NCBI GenBank assembly: GCA_964106645.2 | Contig: OZ067052.1 | DNA: 64,000 nucleotides | Source of the DNA: Podarcis pityusensis | Lineage: Eukaryota | Reading direction: 5' to 3' (one strand) | Notes under the pieces: generated by a model | The model's input: the letters and a program-made list of their open reading frames with translations, nothing else | What the model was told of the DNA's origin: nothing | Databases searched by the model: none | Position numbers and translations under genes: made by a program | Shown: positions 12,518 through 24,240 of the stretch, one piece after another | Layout: each line of letters starts with the position of its first letter | Position numbering within the stretch: position 1 is the first letter of the stretch

Positions 12518-13574
12518 TACATTTTGTTTTATTGCTATGGCTAGTGGCTGATGCAAATAAAGATTCTTCTTCTTCTTCCTGGCAAGGAGCTGGCAATGAC
12601 AATCTTCCAAAGTAGACGGGCTTTTGGGGTGACCCAGGAAGACAATTCTGATGCCAGGGTGAGTATGAACATGGATAGTTGTGGGTTGTAATATTAATCA
12701 CTTTTTAATGGTGTATGTGTAAAAAAATGAAACAAACCACAAACGTTGCTCTTCCAACAAGAAAGGCGTTTGCTTAAAAATCATTATACGCCAATGCCTT
12801 CTTGGAGAGGTTAGCAATCCCATATAATTGCCTTCCCCCCCCCCCAGCAAAACTCCCCCCCCCCCATTGTCAGGCATGCCATAAAGGGAAAGACGACAAC
12901 ACTATCAGATAAGGAAAGTGGCAACAGCAAGAGCGTGTGCTGAGACTCACAGATATTTCCACAACTATCAGTGAGGTGTGGTATTTGTGGTATTTCTTAG
13001 AAAATTGCTACCAACACGCATGGCGTCTGTTGGGTCACAGCTCCAGTTATAATGAGGGAAACAAGTGTGCACAGGATGTCTAAACAGCAGATAAGAAACT
13101 TGAAGATAAAAATAGACCCCACTATACAGACACAGGCACAGTCTTCTAAGCATATGCTGTTAGGCCAAAGCTGTGAACGTAATTGTTAGATTCGGAAGTT
13201 TGATTCATCTGTTCCAAGAAACTAAAGCACGGGATTCGGCGATGATAAAAGTAACCTTGAAAGGAAGGAAAGGAGAGGAGAGGATCTGGAGGAGAGAGTA
13301 GCAAACTGGTCTTTGTTTTGTTTTTTGTTTTAAAAAAACAACATCCCTCCCCAGAATCTTAATGGCTTTATCAGTGTAGAATCTTTTGTGGGCCGCAGCA
13401 GACACTATGTAGATCTCAAAATCTCATGCCGTAGCTGGGATGGGCAATGTCAATCACACTTTCTCTTAGTTTCTCATTTTTTTTCAATCTCAAGTTCTCA
13501 AATATGTAGTTTAAAAGTCGTCATGAAATTTCATCAGCATTTTAGAGTGGCTTTCTCCAAGTGCACACGTAGTA

Positions 13575-13782
13575 CAGTGGTACCTTGGGTTACAAACACT
13601 TCGGGTTACAGACTCCACTAACCTGGAAGTAGTACCTCGAGTTAAGAACTTTACCTCAGGATGAGAACAGAAATTGCGTGGTGGTGGCGCAGGGGCAGCA
13701 GGAGGCCCCATTTGCTAAAGTGGTACCTCAGGTTAAGAACGGACCACCAGAACGAATTAAGTTCGTAACCAGAGGTACCACT
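13575..13782 (+). mobile_element. Tigger-like MITE (short family)
   Basis: ta-cagtggtacc...gaggtaccact, homologous to 17886-18111. Confidence 0.88.
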
Positions 13783-14122
13783 TAGTAGTAATAGTAGTAG
13801 TAATAATAATAATTATAAATGATATACAAACAAGCATGATTATTATTAAAAATAATAATTTATTATTCATATGCCACCCATCTGACTGGGTTGCCTTTTA
13901 GATGTCTTCTAAAAGTCAGATAGTTATTTATGCCCTTGACATCTGATGGAAGGGTGTTCCACAGGGAAGACGCCACTGCCGATAAAGGCCTCTGCCTGGT
14001 TCCCTGTAACCTCACTTCTTGCAGCAAGGGAACCGCCAGAAAGCCCTCAGACTGGACTTCAGTGTCCAGGCTGAACGATGGGGGTGGAGACGTGCCTTCA
14101 GGTATACTGGGTCGAGGCCGTT
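13783..14122 (-). mobile_element. L2-clade LINE 3' fragment with simple-repeat tail
   Basis: Reverse complement of 28500-28960. The minus-strand frame SEGFLAVPLLQEVRLQGTRQR..LWNTLPSDVK is the L2 ORF2 C-terminus. Confidence 0.85.
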
Positions 14123-14210
14123 GTATGCAGTATTGCATAACAGGCACACTTTTACAAAGCAATTTCCCCTAATAGAATGCATTTTTGTGTTAATTTGACT
14201 ACTATATGCT

Positions 14211-14590
14211 GAAGAATTGATGCTTTTGAATTATGGTGCTGGAGGAGACTCTTGAGAGTCCCATGGACTGCAAAAAGATCAAACCTATCCATTCTTAAGG
14301 AAATCAGCCCTGAGTGCTCACTGGAAGGACAGATCCTGAAGCTGAGGCTCCAATAGTTTGGCCACCTCATGAGAAGAGAAGACTCCCTGGAAAAGACCCT
14401 GATGTTGGGAAAGATGGAGGGCACAAGAAGGAGGGGGCGACAGAGGACGAGATGGTTGGAGAGTGTTGTCGAAGCTACCAGCATGAGTTTGACCAAACTG
14501 CGGGAGGCAGTGGAAGACAGGAGTGCCTGGCGTGCTCTGGTCCATGGGGTCACGAAGAGTTGGACACGACTAAACAACTAAACAACAACA
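14211..14590 (+). mobile_element. RTE-BovB LINE 3' fragment
   Basis: RIDAFELWCWRRLLRVPWTA...MRREDSLEKTLMLGKMEGTRRRGRQRTRWL, with a (CAA)n-type tail. Confidence 0.93.
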
Positions 14591-14959
14591 TGAACATCTA
14601 TGTAGGCTTTACACTAGTATATGCATTTTTGGCTGGAGAACAGCACTGCAAAATTTGGAGAAGGTGCCAATTTGGAAGGATAGCTGTGTTACGTTTATGG
14701 TTCTTGTGCTCTTTTGGTAACGAGAATGAAGTAGGCTCACTTTGAAATGAGAACTGGATTGGATTCTTCCCCCATCCCCAGCCTTGGCTCACATCCTGGT
14801 CTTGCAGGTGTCACAACACTCCTCTTTTTCCAGCCCAGCATCACTCTCCCAAAATATTCCCCCTTCCACAAGAGCGTTTCGCCAGCACCCCTCCTCACCC
14901 CACTGAATCGTGCTCCCCAAAAAGCACAGAAACAAGCAGCAAAAGCGTCCCCCTTTCCC

Positions 14960-15430
14960 CATTAGAAAAAGAATTCCTCTGCCTTTAAATTGTCTCGGTA
15001 ACGGCTGGCTCACAGGCAGAAATATTTGGCAGCAGTGAAATTAAAAGTGATAAATTTTCTCGCCAAGCTTTGATCGATAATAGAGGTCTCATCTGTTAAT
15101 CAATAAGACAGTCTGCCTGTTTACTGTGCATACGCCGTTCGCGGCTGCTTGCGGGGCGATGTCAAGTTTGCATTCAAAACAACTCAAGTGTGCCTAAACC
15201 AAATGGCCAGTCCCTAAAAAAGAAAGGAGGTACAGAGGGGGTGGGAAGGAGAAGAGGCCGGACAATGACATCACATGCCTGCTCATATATTAGAAAAGAC
15301 AGTCCACGCGCCTGCTTTTCCTTCGCTCGCCTGTACATTTCATTTTGTTTCAGTTTTCTATGTATATATAAATGTACAGCCTTTCAAGTCATGGGAGACA
15401 GTTTCACAAAAAGCCGTAGACTGGAGGGCA
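14960..15430. promoter_or_regulatory. Candidate conserved non-coding element (intron 3)
   Basis: Repeat-free, CpG-retaining (cgccgttcgcggctgcttgcggggcg), with ATCGAT/ATCAAT, TGTTTAC and TGTCA motifs. Confidence 0.5.
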
Positions 15431-15520
15431 ATGAGGATGGGCTCATCTGAAATACACCCAAAGCTGCCAGGCCTAGTTAGAAAGAGAGGTGGAAAGACGG
15501 CTGGGATGCCAAATAGCCTG

Positions 15521-15526
<6 letters not shown>

Positions 15527-15566
<40 letters not shown>
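15527..15566. repeat. (CT)n microsatellite
   Basis: Directly visible. Confidence 0.95.
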
Positions 15567-15568
<2 letters not shown>

Positions 15569-17522
15569 CTACCCCCTCCATCCCTTTCACCACCAAGCCC
15601 TGCTTAAATAATAAACACAGCTTTATTACCAACATAATTAGAAAGGTCAGTTCTATTTGAGAACTATTACAGCCCTTCGTGCCAGAGGCAGTTCAGGGAA
15701 TGTTTTGTTCCAGAATCATTGACCTAAAAGGCCAGTACAGTGCCGGCTGGTACCTTGAAGGCTCTGGGGTGAGCAAATCAGATTTATTCTTGCTCACAGC
15801 AGTCAGATCTCAAAACATTTCCTAGGCTGGTTTTTAAGGGGGGTGGGGGGTTCATAAGAGAATAGGGAGACAGAGACTTTCCAAAACACCAACACCATTG
15901 CCCCATAACTGGAGGAAAAACATGTCCGTTAAGAGTGTTTAATTTGATCCCTAAACCCCACGAAGCAAGATGCAATTAGTGCAAAGTGAAAGATGCTCTG
16001 AGCATGAATTATGACAATGTACACAGCTCCCAAGATGAATTGTGGCTCAGTATTCAGCTCCTGCACATTCTCCAAAAATCTCTGTGGTCCCATGACCTTC
16101 TGCACCCTTTGTCTACCCAATGGCTGTCGAGCCACCTGAAAACTCAGGGGCCCATGGTGGACTAGGCAGTTGCCTCCTAAGTTCCAGAATTTCATCCTCT
16201 ACTGGCAAACCACTCTCCTCATTTTCAGTTGCAGAGCAATAAGTTCTGCAGATAATCGGAGCTGTTCTGTTTTTCTTTTCTGGGGGTACTTCATTGTCCC
16301 TGTAGGCCTGTGGCTGCCATTGGCTTAGCTGCTGTGATGTCAGAGTAGGCCTGGGCAGCAGAGTGCTAAGGGTGCTGCATCGGAGAAATGAGGATCCTCA
16401 TCCCTAAAGGTCAAGGCAGACCTTTTTATTCATATAGGTAGCATGGGCTGTATCCAGTATTGTGCAAGGGCTCTTGTGTTAGCAGACAGGCTAGTTTCGA
16501 TGTAGCACAGCAGAGGAATCCAAGTCAATATATGTGCCAGGAGAAACTCAGGGTGCAATCTGCTCGTGCATCCTCCGATACAACCATGTTCTGCTGGCAC
16601 ATGTACAGCAGAATACCATTAAATGACTCACACACATTGGATACAACCCTGTAAGTACTGCCTGAGCTTTCAAATTATGACATGTCATGACAAACCAGTC
16701 AACAGTTTCAAGGGAAGATGCTTACAGGACTGTGCAATGGTGGGTGAGCCTGGCATCAAACAATGGTTTGGGGGCTAAGCCCTAGCAATGCACTGGGGAT
16801 ATCTGCTTCAAACTTGATATTTTGTACAAAACAGACACAAGACAGCAGTGAAAAGTATATTCACTCGGAAGGAAGTCCCAGTGTGTATAACAAAACCGAT
16901 TCCTAGGAAATACATACAGGATTGAAGTCTAACTGCATTCAGCAGGTATATATTCCTCTAAAATATTAGGAGGGGGAGACACAATTCTGAAGAGACATTT
17001 CATATTCTCCTGAAGCCCCATCAGATTGATCGCTGCTACTCATGTGCAAGAACAGCCAGGTTTTTAGACACCTGGGCAATCAGATGCCTGGGAATGTTCA
17101 AGCCCCAGGTGGCACCCAAAGCAGCTGCTCATCTGCCCGTGTTTTTTATGTCCCTTCTTTGGAAAACAAGAGTGAGCTGCATTTGAAACTCAGGTGCAGG
17201 ATCTTAATGTTTGTGATGATTCACTTTCGCACGAGGCACGCTTTTCTCGTTGGCTGCATTACAGCAGAAGGAAAGCAGGGACAGGGGGAAGAGGAGGAGG
17301 AAATGGCTGGCAAAACAAGCCTGGTTCCATCTGGAGAAAATGGGGTGCTTCCATTGGAGAAAACACAAGCAGAACATTTGCAAACAATGCTAACCCGGAG
17401 GAGGGAACCCCACACGGTAATGGCCAGTTCAGCTCATTCAGGCGGAAGAGTCACCTATGGCAGCATCCTCTTCTCACAGTCAGCAGACAAATGCCAGGTG
17501 GAATTGGATGGGTTGTGATAAC

Positions 17523-17554
<32 letters not shown>

Positions 17555-17696
17555 TGCACTCTTTGTGTCCTCAGAGGCCCTTTCCTCCTTTGCTTGTTCC
17601 AGAGCTCAGCCCTGGCACTGAAACTAAAGGTAGTCTAATTCAGGGCCTATTGCTCAGGGTGAGTTAGAACACATTTCCTGCCCTGGGAAGCTGCTT

Positions 17697-18165
17697 TTTT
17701 TAAAAAAAATAAATAAATATTTTTTTATTAATAACACTCCAATTAATAACATATCAAATCTTAATCATAATACAAAGAATAAAGCCAGTTATACATTCCG
17801 AATTATATAATTTAAAGAGACTTCTCATGTTCTGGCTGGTCAGGGGGAAGGAAGCCTCTTTAAATTATATAATTTGGAATGTATACAGTGGTACCTCGGG
17901 TTACATACGCTTCAGGTTACAGACTCTGCTAACCCAGAAATAGTGCTTCAGGTTAAGAACTTTGCTTCAGGATGAGAACAGAAATTGTGCTCCGGTGGCG
18001 CGGCGGCAGCGGGAGGCCCCATTAGCTAAAGTGGTGCTTCAGGTTAAGAACAGTTTCAGGTTAAGAACGGACCTCCAGAATGGATTAAGTACTTAACCCG
18101 AGGTACCACTGTAATTGGCTTTATTATTTGTATTAGGATGCGGCAAGATTTGATACGTTATTAAT
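17697..18165 (-). mobile_element. TSD-flanked AT-rich insertion with fold-back inverted duplication, interrupted by a MITE
   Basis: 18 bp direct repeat TGCCCTGGGAAGCTGCTT at 17679-17696 and 18166-18183. ~85 bp inverted arms at 17740-17824 and 17851-17885 plus 18114-18167. Confidence 0.8.
17886..18111 (+). mobile_element. Tigger-like MITE, 226 bp
   Basis: TA TSD, TIR cagtggtacctcgggtta / taacccgaggtaccactg. Confidence 0.93.
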
Positions 18166-19523
18166 TGCCCTGGGAAGCTGCTTGGGAAGCGGTTGCCCTG
18201 GGTGCAAAATGCTCAGGGGTGCAAAATTTCAACACTTGATGCTGCCTCAATACAGCCACATGCTTCCATTGCTGGGCTCCATTGAAAATGGCTTCTCTAT
18301 ATGAACCATGAAGTGACCTCTCCAGACAACGGAATGACACTTCTTTTCTTATCTCTGTGGCTGCCATCTCCTGGGCGACGCAGACACCGTTAGGCAGTTG
18401 AATGCGCATGTGTACTCCGTCTGCTTCCCTCTGTCCCACCTACCCTCTCCACATGGGCCTAAAGTGCCGGCAACCCACGCTACGTCACTGGCAGAGATGA
18501 CACTGCAGGGTCACTAGCCTTTTGGGGTCAGTGGGCATATTCGGAATTTTGAGAAAATATCATGGCCACTGGTCACAAAATGGCTGCCACCATATAGCAC
18601 AAAATTACTGCTATACCCGTGTGGTATAAAACAAAATGCCTGCCGCAACTAAAAACCAGAAAAGAGCCATCTCAAAAAAGTCCGGGCATACCCTCTCATT
18701 TATGGGGAAAAAAGCAGCTGCCTCAGCCGCTGCCACACTCATTCACAGAGAGAAGCAACGTGTACCTCTCCTCTGTTTGGGATGGAAGGGAAGGGAAGGA
18801 GGGTTTCTGACCCTGGCATCCAATGAAATGTTGTCATGCTTAAGGAAGCATGTTCAATGTAGGAGATAGAGACATTGGGCCAGGGCAAATAGTCCCTTTT
18901 GCATTATGGGTTTTTGAAGGGATGTTCACTGAGACCATTCACAGGCCCCCATGAGAGGGGCTGGTGGGCGCAGTGGTACTCATGGAAGCCATGCTGGCAA
19001 GTCATGTGATATTGGGTAGATGGACCAATGTACCTGGTTTCTGGCAGTGGCACAGACTCACACATTAGCCAAAAAAGAGCATTTCCTGGGGAGAATAAGT
19101 GGGCGCCTTCTTTTCATTGACAGGTTCGGACTGGGCAACATATCTGGGGTAGCAAACCCTGTTTTTCTACCCCAGTGATACTTGGCCAGAAAGGTTGAGG
19201 TGCATGGAGCCATTTCCTATGCAAAGACATCCCCACCCCCATAGGAACATTGTGGCCCAGGGCTCTGGGGATGAAATTTAACCCATGGTGAAAAGGGATG
19301 GACTATATAGCTTTTAAGAAGAAATGAACAAAGCAAAATACTTCCGCAAGTAAACAGGGAGAAGAAATGGAAGAAATACTTCTGAGCAACGAATAACAAG
19401 TGGAGCATTGCCCTCATCTATTGGGGAGGTTGTTTTTTTTAACAGGGGGGAAGAATCCTGGAGATTTTAAAATAAACATCTTGAATGTTCTGATGAGATA
19501 CGCATGCTTGGTTATATAAGGGG

Positions 19524-19693
19524 AGTACAGAGCGTACCAAAACAGCCGACCCGCAAAAGCTGTCAGAACAATAAGTGCAGACACAGGGCATCTTACGACA
19601 GGCTACGCCGTACAGTTTTATTTACAGTACCTCTTATCAGTCAGGGAACAGTACGCAGCCTGCCAATTTTCAAAGGCTAGAACTGGGTGTTCT
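19524..19693. promoter_or_regulatory. Cluster of three steroid (GR/AR/PR/MR) response element-like IR3 sites
   Basis: AGTACAgagCGTACC 19524-19538, AGAACAataAGTGCA 19565-19579, AGAACTgggTGTTCT 19679-19693, all in repeat-free sequence. Confidence 0.6.
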
Positions 19694-22059
19694 TTCTTTT
19701 GCTCAAGTAGATGTGTACGCCAGGCAGGGAGGTTTCTCCCCCCCCCCCCCTTCTCTAAATCAAATCAGCAAAACAAAAAGTGATACCAAGCCAGAAATCT
19801 TGCAGTGTACGCATGCATAAAAGGGCTTGTTTGGAGGGCGGGGGGAAGGGGGGGGAGAGAAAGAGTGTTAAAGCCAAGGCAGAGAACAGAGCGATTGAAT
19901 ATGCAAATAGTTCAATGTTAATTTTACTATGTGAGTCACCAGGAAAATGTCAGCCAGCATCAGTGCTTATTACACCAGGGTTTCAGAAAAACAAGGAGAG
20001 ATATTTATTAAAAGCACGGAACATCGGGGATGGAACATTCAAAAGCAATACATCAAGGGATGGTTATTTACAGGCTTTTTTTCTTCTTCCTTTTCTTTTA
20101 AAGCCTCTTGTTGAAGCTAGCAGCTTTAATGTAAACAGGTTTGTCCCCCCCACCCCCAATAAACAATGTTTTAGGTCGGATTTTTTGTGGGGGAGGGGAG
20201 AAGGGAGAAAAGATAAAAGGTGGTATTTTTAGCAAGTTGTTTCGACTTGCCTACAGTATAAAGATATCTTCCGATGACTGACCCTGGAGAGATGGGACCC
20301 CGTGTGCTGCCAAGAGTCAGCTGTGTGTTTGAGAACATGCCTCATCCCCTTGGCACCAGATCCTCGGCCGGTCTTCCGCTGGTGTTTGTACAAGCAGATT
20401 TATGGGCCCTCTGCTTAATAAAGATACTTGCTCAACTCAGCTGGCAAAAACAGGCGGCTTTTTCCATTCAGGCAGGATTCTGCAGAGTCACCGAGGTCCT
20501 CTGGAATGACAGCAAGTCCTCGCTATGCTCTACCCTCTCCCTCACCCCAGGCCCTTGACCTGTGTCCTTCCAGCATGGGTGACTGGAAGAAAGTTGGCAC
20601 CTGCAATTCATACCCCTTTTGCAAAAGCCCAAGGCAAGCTCCCTGCTCTTCCAAAACCAATTCCCCTCTTTGCCGTACAGTCACAATCCAGGAATATTTG
20701 CAGCTGACCCAGCACTCATTTGGCTGAAAAAGGTGACAGCAATGGGCATGGATGGGGAACCGAGGCATAAAACTAGAGTTCTGGCAAATAACTCTGAACT
20801 CTGGGGAGAAACGTTTCCAAACTCAACAGTGAGCAAAAGCCTGCCTCAATGTCCCAAAGACTTGCTATCTATTAAAAGCTACAGGAGAAAGTTTAACAGT
20901 TCTACTCATCTAACTCTTGATGCTCAGCAAGTAGATGAAACATTGAGGCACCAAGCAGGACTTTGTTGGTCTGTTGGGCATCAAGACCACTTGCGTTTCA
21001 CCTGGCTGGAGACTCTTGGGTTAGTCTGGAAACCGTGGCCAAGTCCAGGTTTGCAGGACATTTAATCCAACCCCAGAAAGATTGGATCTTTGTATTGTCA
21101 ACAGGCCTGGCCAATCTGGTGACATCATGCTGTCTGCCAATCACAAGGACTTATGGTGGCTACTTCTGTTTCCTTCTGTGCCCAAATACTGCTTGATTTC
21201 CACTAAAGCTAGTCCAAACTGCTTGCCCGCCACTGTACTGGATGGCCAATTTTAGTCTATCCCTCATGGCGAATTACTCTGTCCTTGTGAAGAGCAGGTT
21301 GAAGAATATTTTGCTCATGTGGGTCTTCACTATAATTTCAATAAAGATGACCTGATTGGTGGTTCCTGTTCTCTCAAAAATTTCCAGGTAGGGCTTCCAA
21401 ATGGGATCTGACTTACCTTTTCGCAGACTCAAACAGATTATTAACAGAGAATGGGGCTACATTTCTCTTTCTAGCTGCAAAAACACGAAAGGCAATCTCC
21501 CCAGAAAAACCCTATCCTGTTCAATGGCTGTTGCAATTTATAATCTGGTTATTTCTTAATAATTTCTTAATAACTTACTTTTCATTTCCATATTTTAAGG
21601 CATCATGCTGCATAGCTCGCTTTAGACATGTTTTCTATTTTCCTGATCTAATATACTTTGTATGCTATTTTGGTTGTATAGTCATTAGTTTTTGGTTTGT
21701 TTGGGTTTGTGATCACATAATGAAGAGATTCAGTGTTCCCTTCAGTGTCAGAAAAGGACCCTGATGCTTGTGCACTTGGCTGGGTTTCCAGATTTGGGTC
21801 TGGAATTTGGGTTTGATCCTAGAGCCCTTGCTCATGGTTAACCTATAGTGGGAACAAGTGAGCTGGGATGGTACGCAAATTCTTTATCCTTCACTGGTAG
21901 TTTTCATCTAAGAATCACCATCTGTATGCACTACGAGTAGAAGCTGAGAAGCCTTGCTGTGGCCAGGGTGGGAGGAACATGGTCAGGGTCAAGGCAGATA
22001 GTCCACACGAAAAGGAAGAGAGGTGTAGCCAGAGGCCAAGAAGCAAGATGGCGGCCCTG

Positions 22060-22245
22060 TGATACCTCAAATGTCAGAAGCAGTACACCTCTAAATACCA
22101 GTTGTTGAGGAGCATGAGTGGCAAAAATGCAGGTGTGCTCATTTGGGCTTCCCATTGGGAATCTGTTTGGCCACTATGAGAACAGGATGCTGGGCAAGAT
22201 GGACCACCGGCCTGATCCAACAATGTTCTCCTTTTGTTCTTAAGC
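22060..22245 (+). mobile_element. CR1 LINE 3' UTR fragment
   Basis: ggccactatgagaacaggatgctgggcaagatggaccaccggcctgatccaac...gttctt. Confidence 0.7.
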
Positions 22246-22701
22246 AGTAGATAGGAAGTGGGGAGAACAGCCTGGAATTGAAGGAAAAGAGCAGGCTGCA
22301 GGAGGAAGTAGAAAAGCAGGTATTTGGAGTGCAAAGCCAAACAAATAAATTGTCTCTGCTGTAGCACCTCAGTCCACAAAGAGGCTGGTCAAAGAACCCT
22401 GGGAAGTCAATCTTGTTTACTCAGAAGAGTACCAACCTCCATCCATCTCAGTACAATTATGAGTAGGATGGTGCAAGGCCGAGATCCATAAGCCCAGGTA
22501 ATTCAACAACAGCGGAGGCAGGGACATACTTTGAAGAGCAGAGATTTGTACATTGGGCAGTGTGAGAACATAATGGGAGGTACAAGATGATTATGATAAA
22601 TATGACTCAAGAGTGGATCGAATTAATTTCATACCTGCTTGGAAGCTAGAAAAGAGTTTGTGGAAGGTTCTTTGATGGGCAGGGTGGTGTGTGTGTGTGA
22701 A

Positions 22702-22736
<35 letters not shown>
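22702..22736. repeat. (TCTG)n microsatellite
   Basis: Directly visible. Confidence 0.9.
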
Positions 22737-22740
<4 letters not shown>

Positions 22741-22849
22741 GTGTGTCTATGTATATAACAATTGATAGGATAAGGAGTGGTGCTGGGGAATGTAGACATG
22801 AGAGGGAAAGGAAGCAAAACAGAAAAGGGCAGCTGGGAAGAAGGGGCGG

Positions 22850-23100
22850 AGTCACAGAATCACAGAACTGTACAGTTGTAAGGGACTCAAAGGTCATCTA
22901 GTCCAAAGTAAGAATCGCAGCTAAATAACCCATGATAGATGGCCACCCAACTTTTGTTTAAACACCTCCAAGGAAGGAGAGTCCACGACCTTAAGAGGTA
23001 GTCAGTTCCCCTGTCAAACAGAAAGTTCTTCCTAATGTTGAGTTGGAATCTCCTTTCTTGTAATGTGAATCCATTGGCTAGGGCCCTACCCTCTGTAGCC
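22850..23100 (-). mobile_element. CR1 LINE 3' end
   Basis: Frame EGRALANGFTLQERRFQLNIRKNFL (CR1 ORF2 C-terminus), tail ttggactagatgacc...(ttctgtga)n. Confidence 0.88.
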
Positions 23101-23748
23101 AATCTTTATTTAATTGCATCTATTTTTCCATCTTTTTCCGGTACTATGGTGCCAAATCACCTTGAGATTGTATGGTATAAGGCGATACATAAATAAAATC
23201 CTTCTTGGCACTGTTGTGAGTTAGAGTGTTTTCCTGTCCAGTCAAACTGCTCTCTGGTGTCAGAGGCCTCCTTCATGCAATGAGGTGCATCACTTTCAGG
23301 TGTAGGATATTCCCTCCTTCCCCCTCCACATATTTGGTGTAAAGCATAATGCTCCCATTCTACCCATTTAGATATACGTTAGGTTTTGCCTTTGGTGGGT
23401 CTCCAAGGCGAAGGAAGTTCTTGGACAGCTCTTGGACACATGCAGAGAGCACCTCTCTATGCCACTGGTCTTCAACTTGTGGGTCATGGCTTGATCCAAG
23501 TTGGGTTGCAACAGGAGCACCACCACCATGCAAAAATATGGTAAAGGGTTTAAGAAATTGGTCCCCAAAAGCATATTTTAGTTAAAAGTGGGTTTAACCC
23601 GTCTTATGCATCCTCACTAACTGACCACACCTCAAAGATTTTAGGAAGAGGAACTCTTCTCTTTATGCACTCACATCCTTAAGGGTTTTTTTAAAATTAC
23701 CTTCAGTGGTTTTAAGTGTGTCTAACTGTTCCTGCAAATTATCCAAAG

Positions 23749-23884
23749 CAGGCTTCCTCAACCTCAGCCCTCCAGATGTTTTGAGACTACAATTCCCATC
23801 ATCCCTGACCACTGGTCCTGCTAGCTAGGGATCATGGGAGTTGTAGGCCTAAAACATCTGGAGGGCCAAGGTTGAGGAAGCCTG
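23749..23884. mobile_element. 136 bp palindromic hAT (Charlie-like) MITE
   Basis: TIR caggcttcctcaacct / aggttgaggaagcctg, 8 bp TSD atccaaag/gtccaaag. Confidence 0.9.
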
Positions 23885-24014
23885 GTCCAAAGCATAGCAC
23901 AGCTATGACCCATCAGTTATGGTCTGAGTCCATGGGACTTCCTGGGATGAGATCGAATATTGCATGTGGCTTCATAATAAAAAAAAAAACAACAGCAAGG
24001 TGATCCATATTTTA

Positions 24015-24240
24015 TTTTTATTTTTTGTTTGCATTTATATACCACCTGTATCTTGCAAGGAGCTCAAGGTAGTGTATATAGTTGTTCTCCTCCTCCCCGT
24101 TTCATCCTCACATCCTCCATTTGAGGGAGGTTGGTTACAAGATGGTGACTGGCCCAAGGTCACCCAGTGAGCTTCATGGCTGAGTGAGGATTCCAACCCT
24201 GCTCTCCCAAGTCCTAGTCTAACACTCTAACCACATCAGT
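24015..24240 (-). mobile_element. MIR/CORE-related tRNA SINE (Squam3-like)
   Basis: Minus strand reads tggttagagtgttagactaggac...cagccatgaagctcactgggtgaccttgggccagtcac, with an A-rich tail. Confidence 0.75.

Larger units (their letters stand above)
13436..14780. mobile_element. AT-rich non-autonomous hAT-type element hosting three nested insertions
   Basis: Ends tgggatggg / cccatcccca, degenerate 8 bp TSD gccgtagc/gccttggc. Internal segments match uninterrupted relatives at 28065-28500 and 53457-53917. Confidence 0.7.

Noticed and set aside
14152-14745. Overlapping 141-143 aa ORFs recurring at 44.3 and 50.0 kb as a small gene family
   Set aside because: Alternative frames of BovB LINE fragments.
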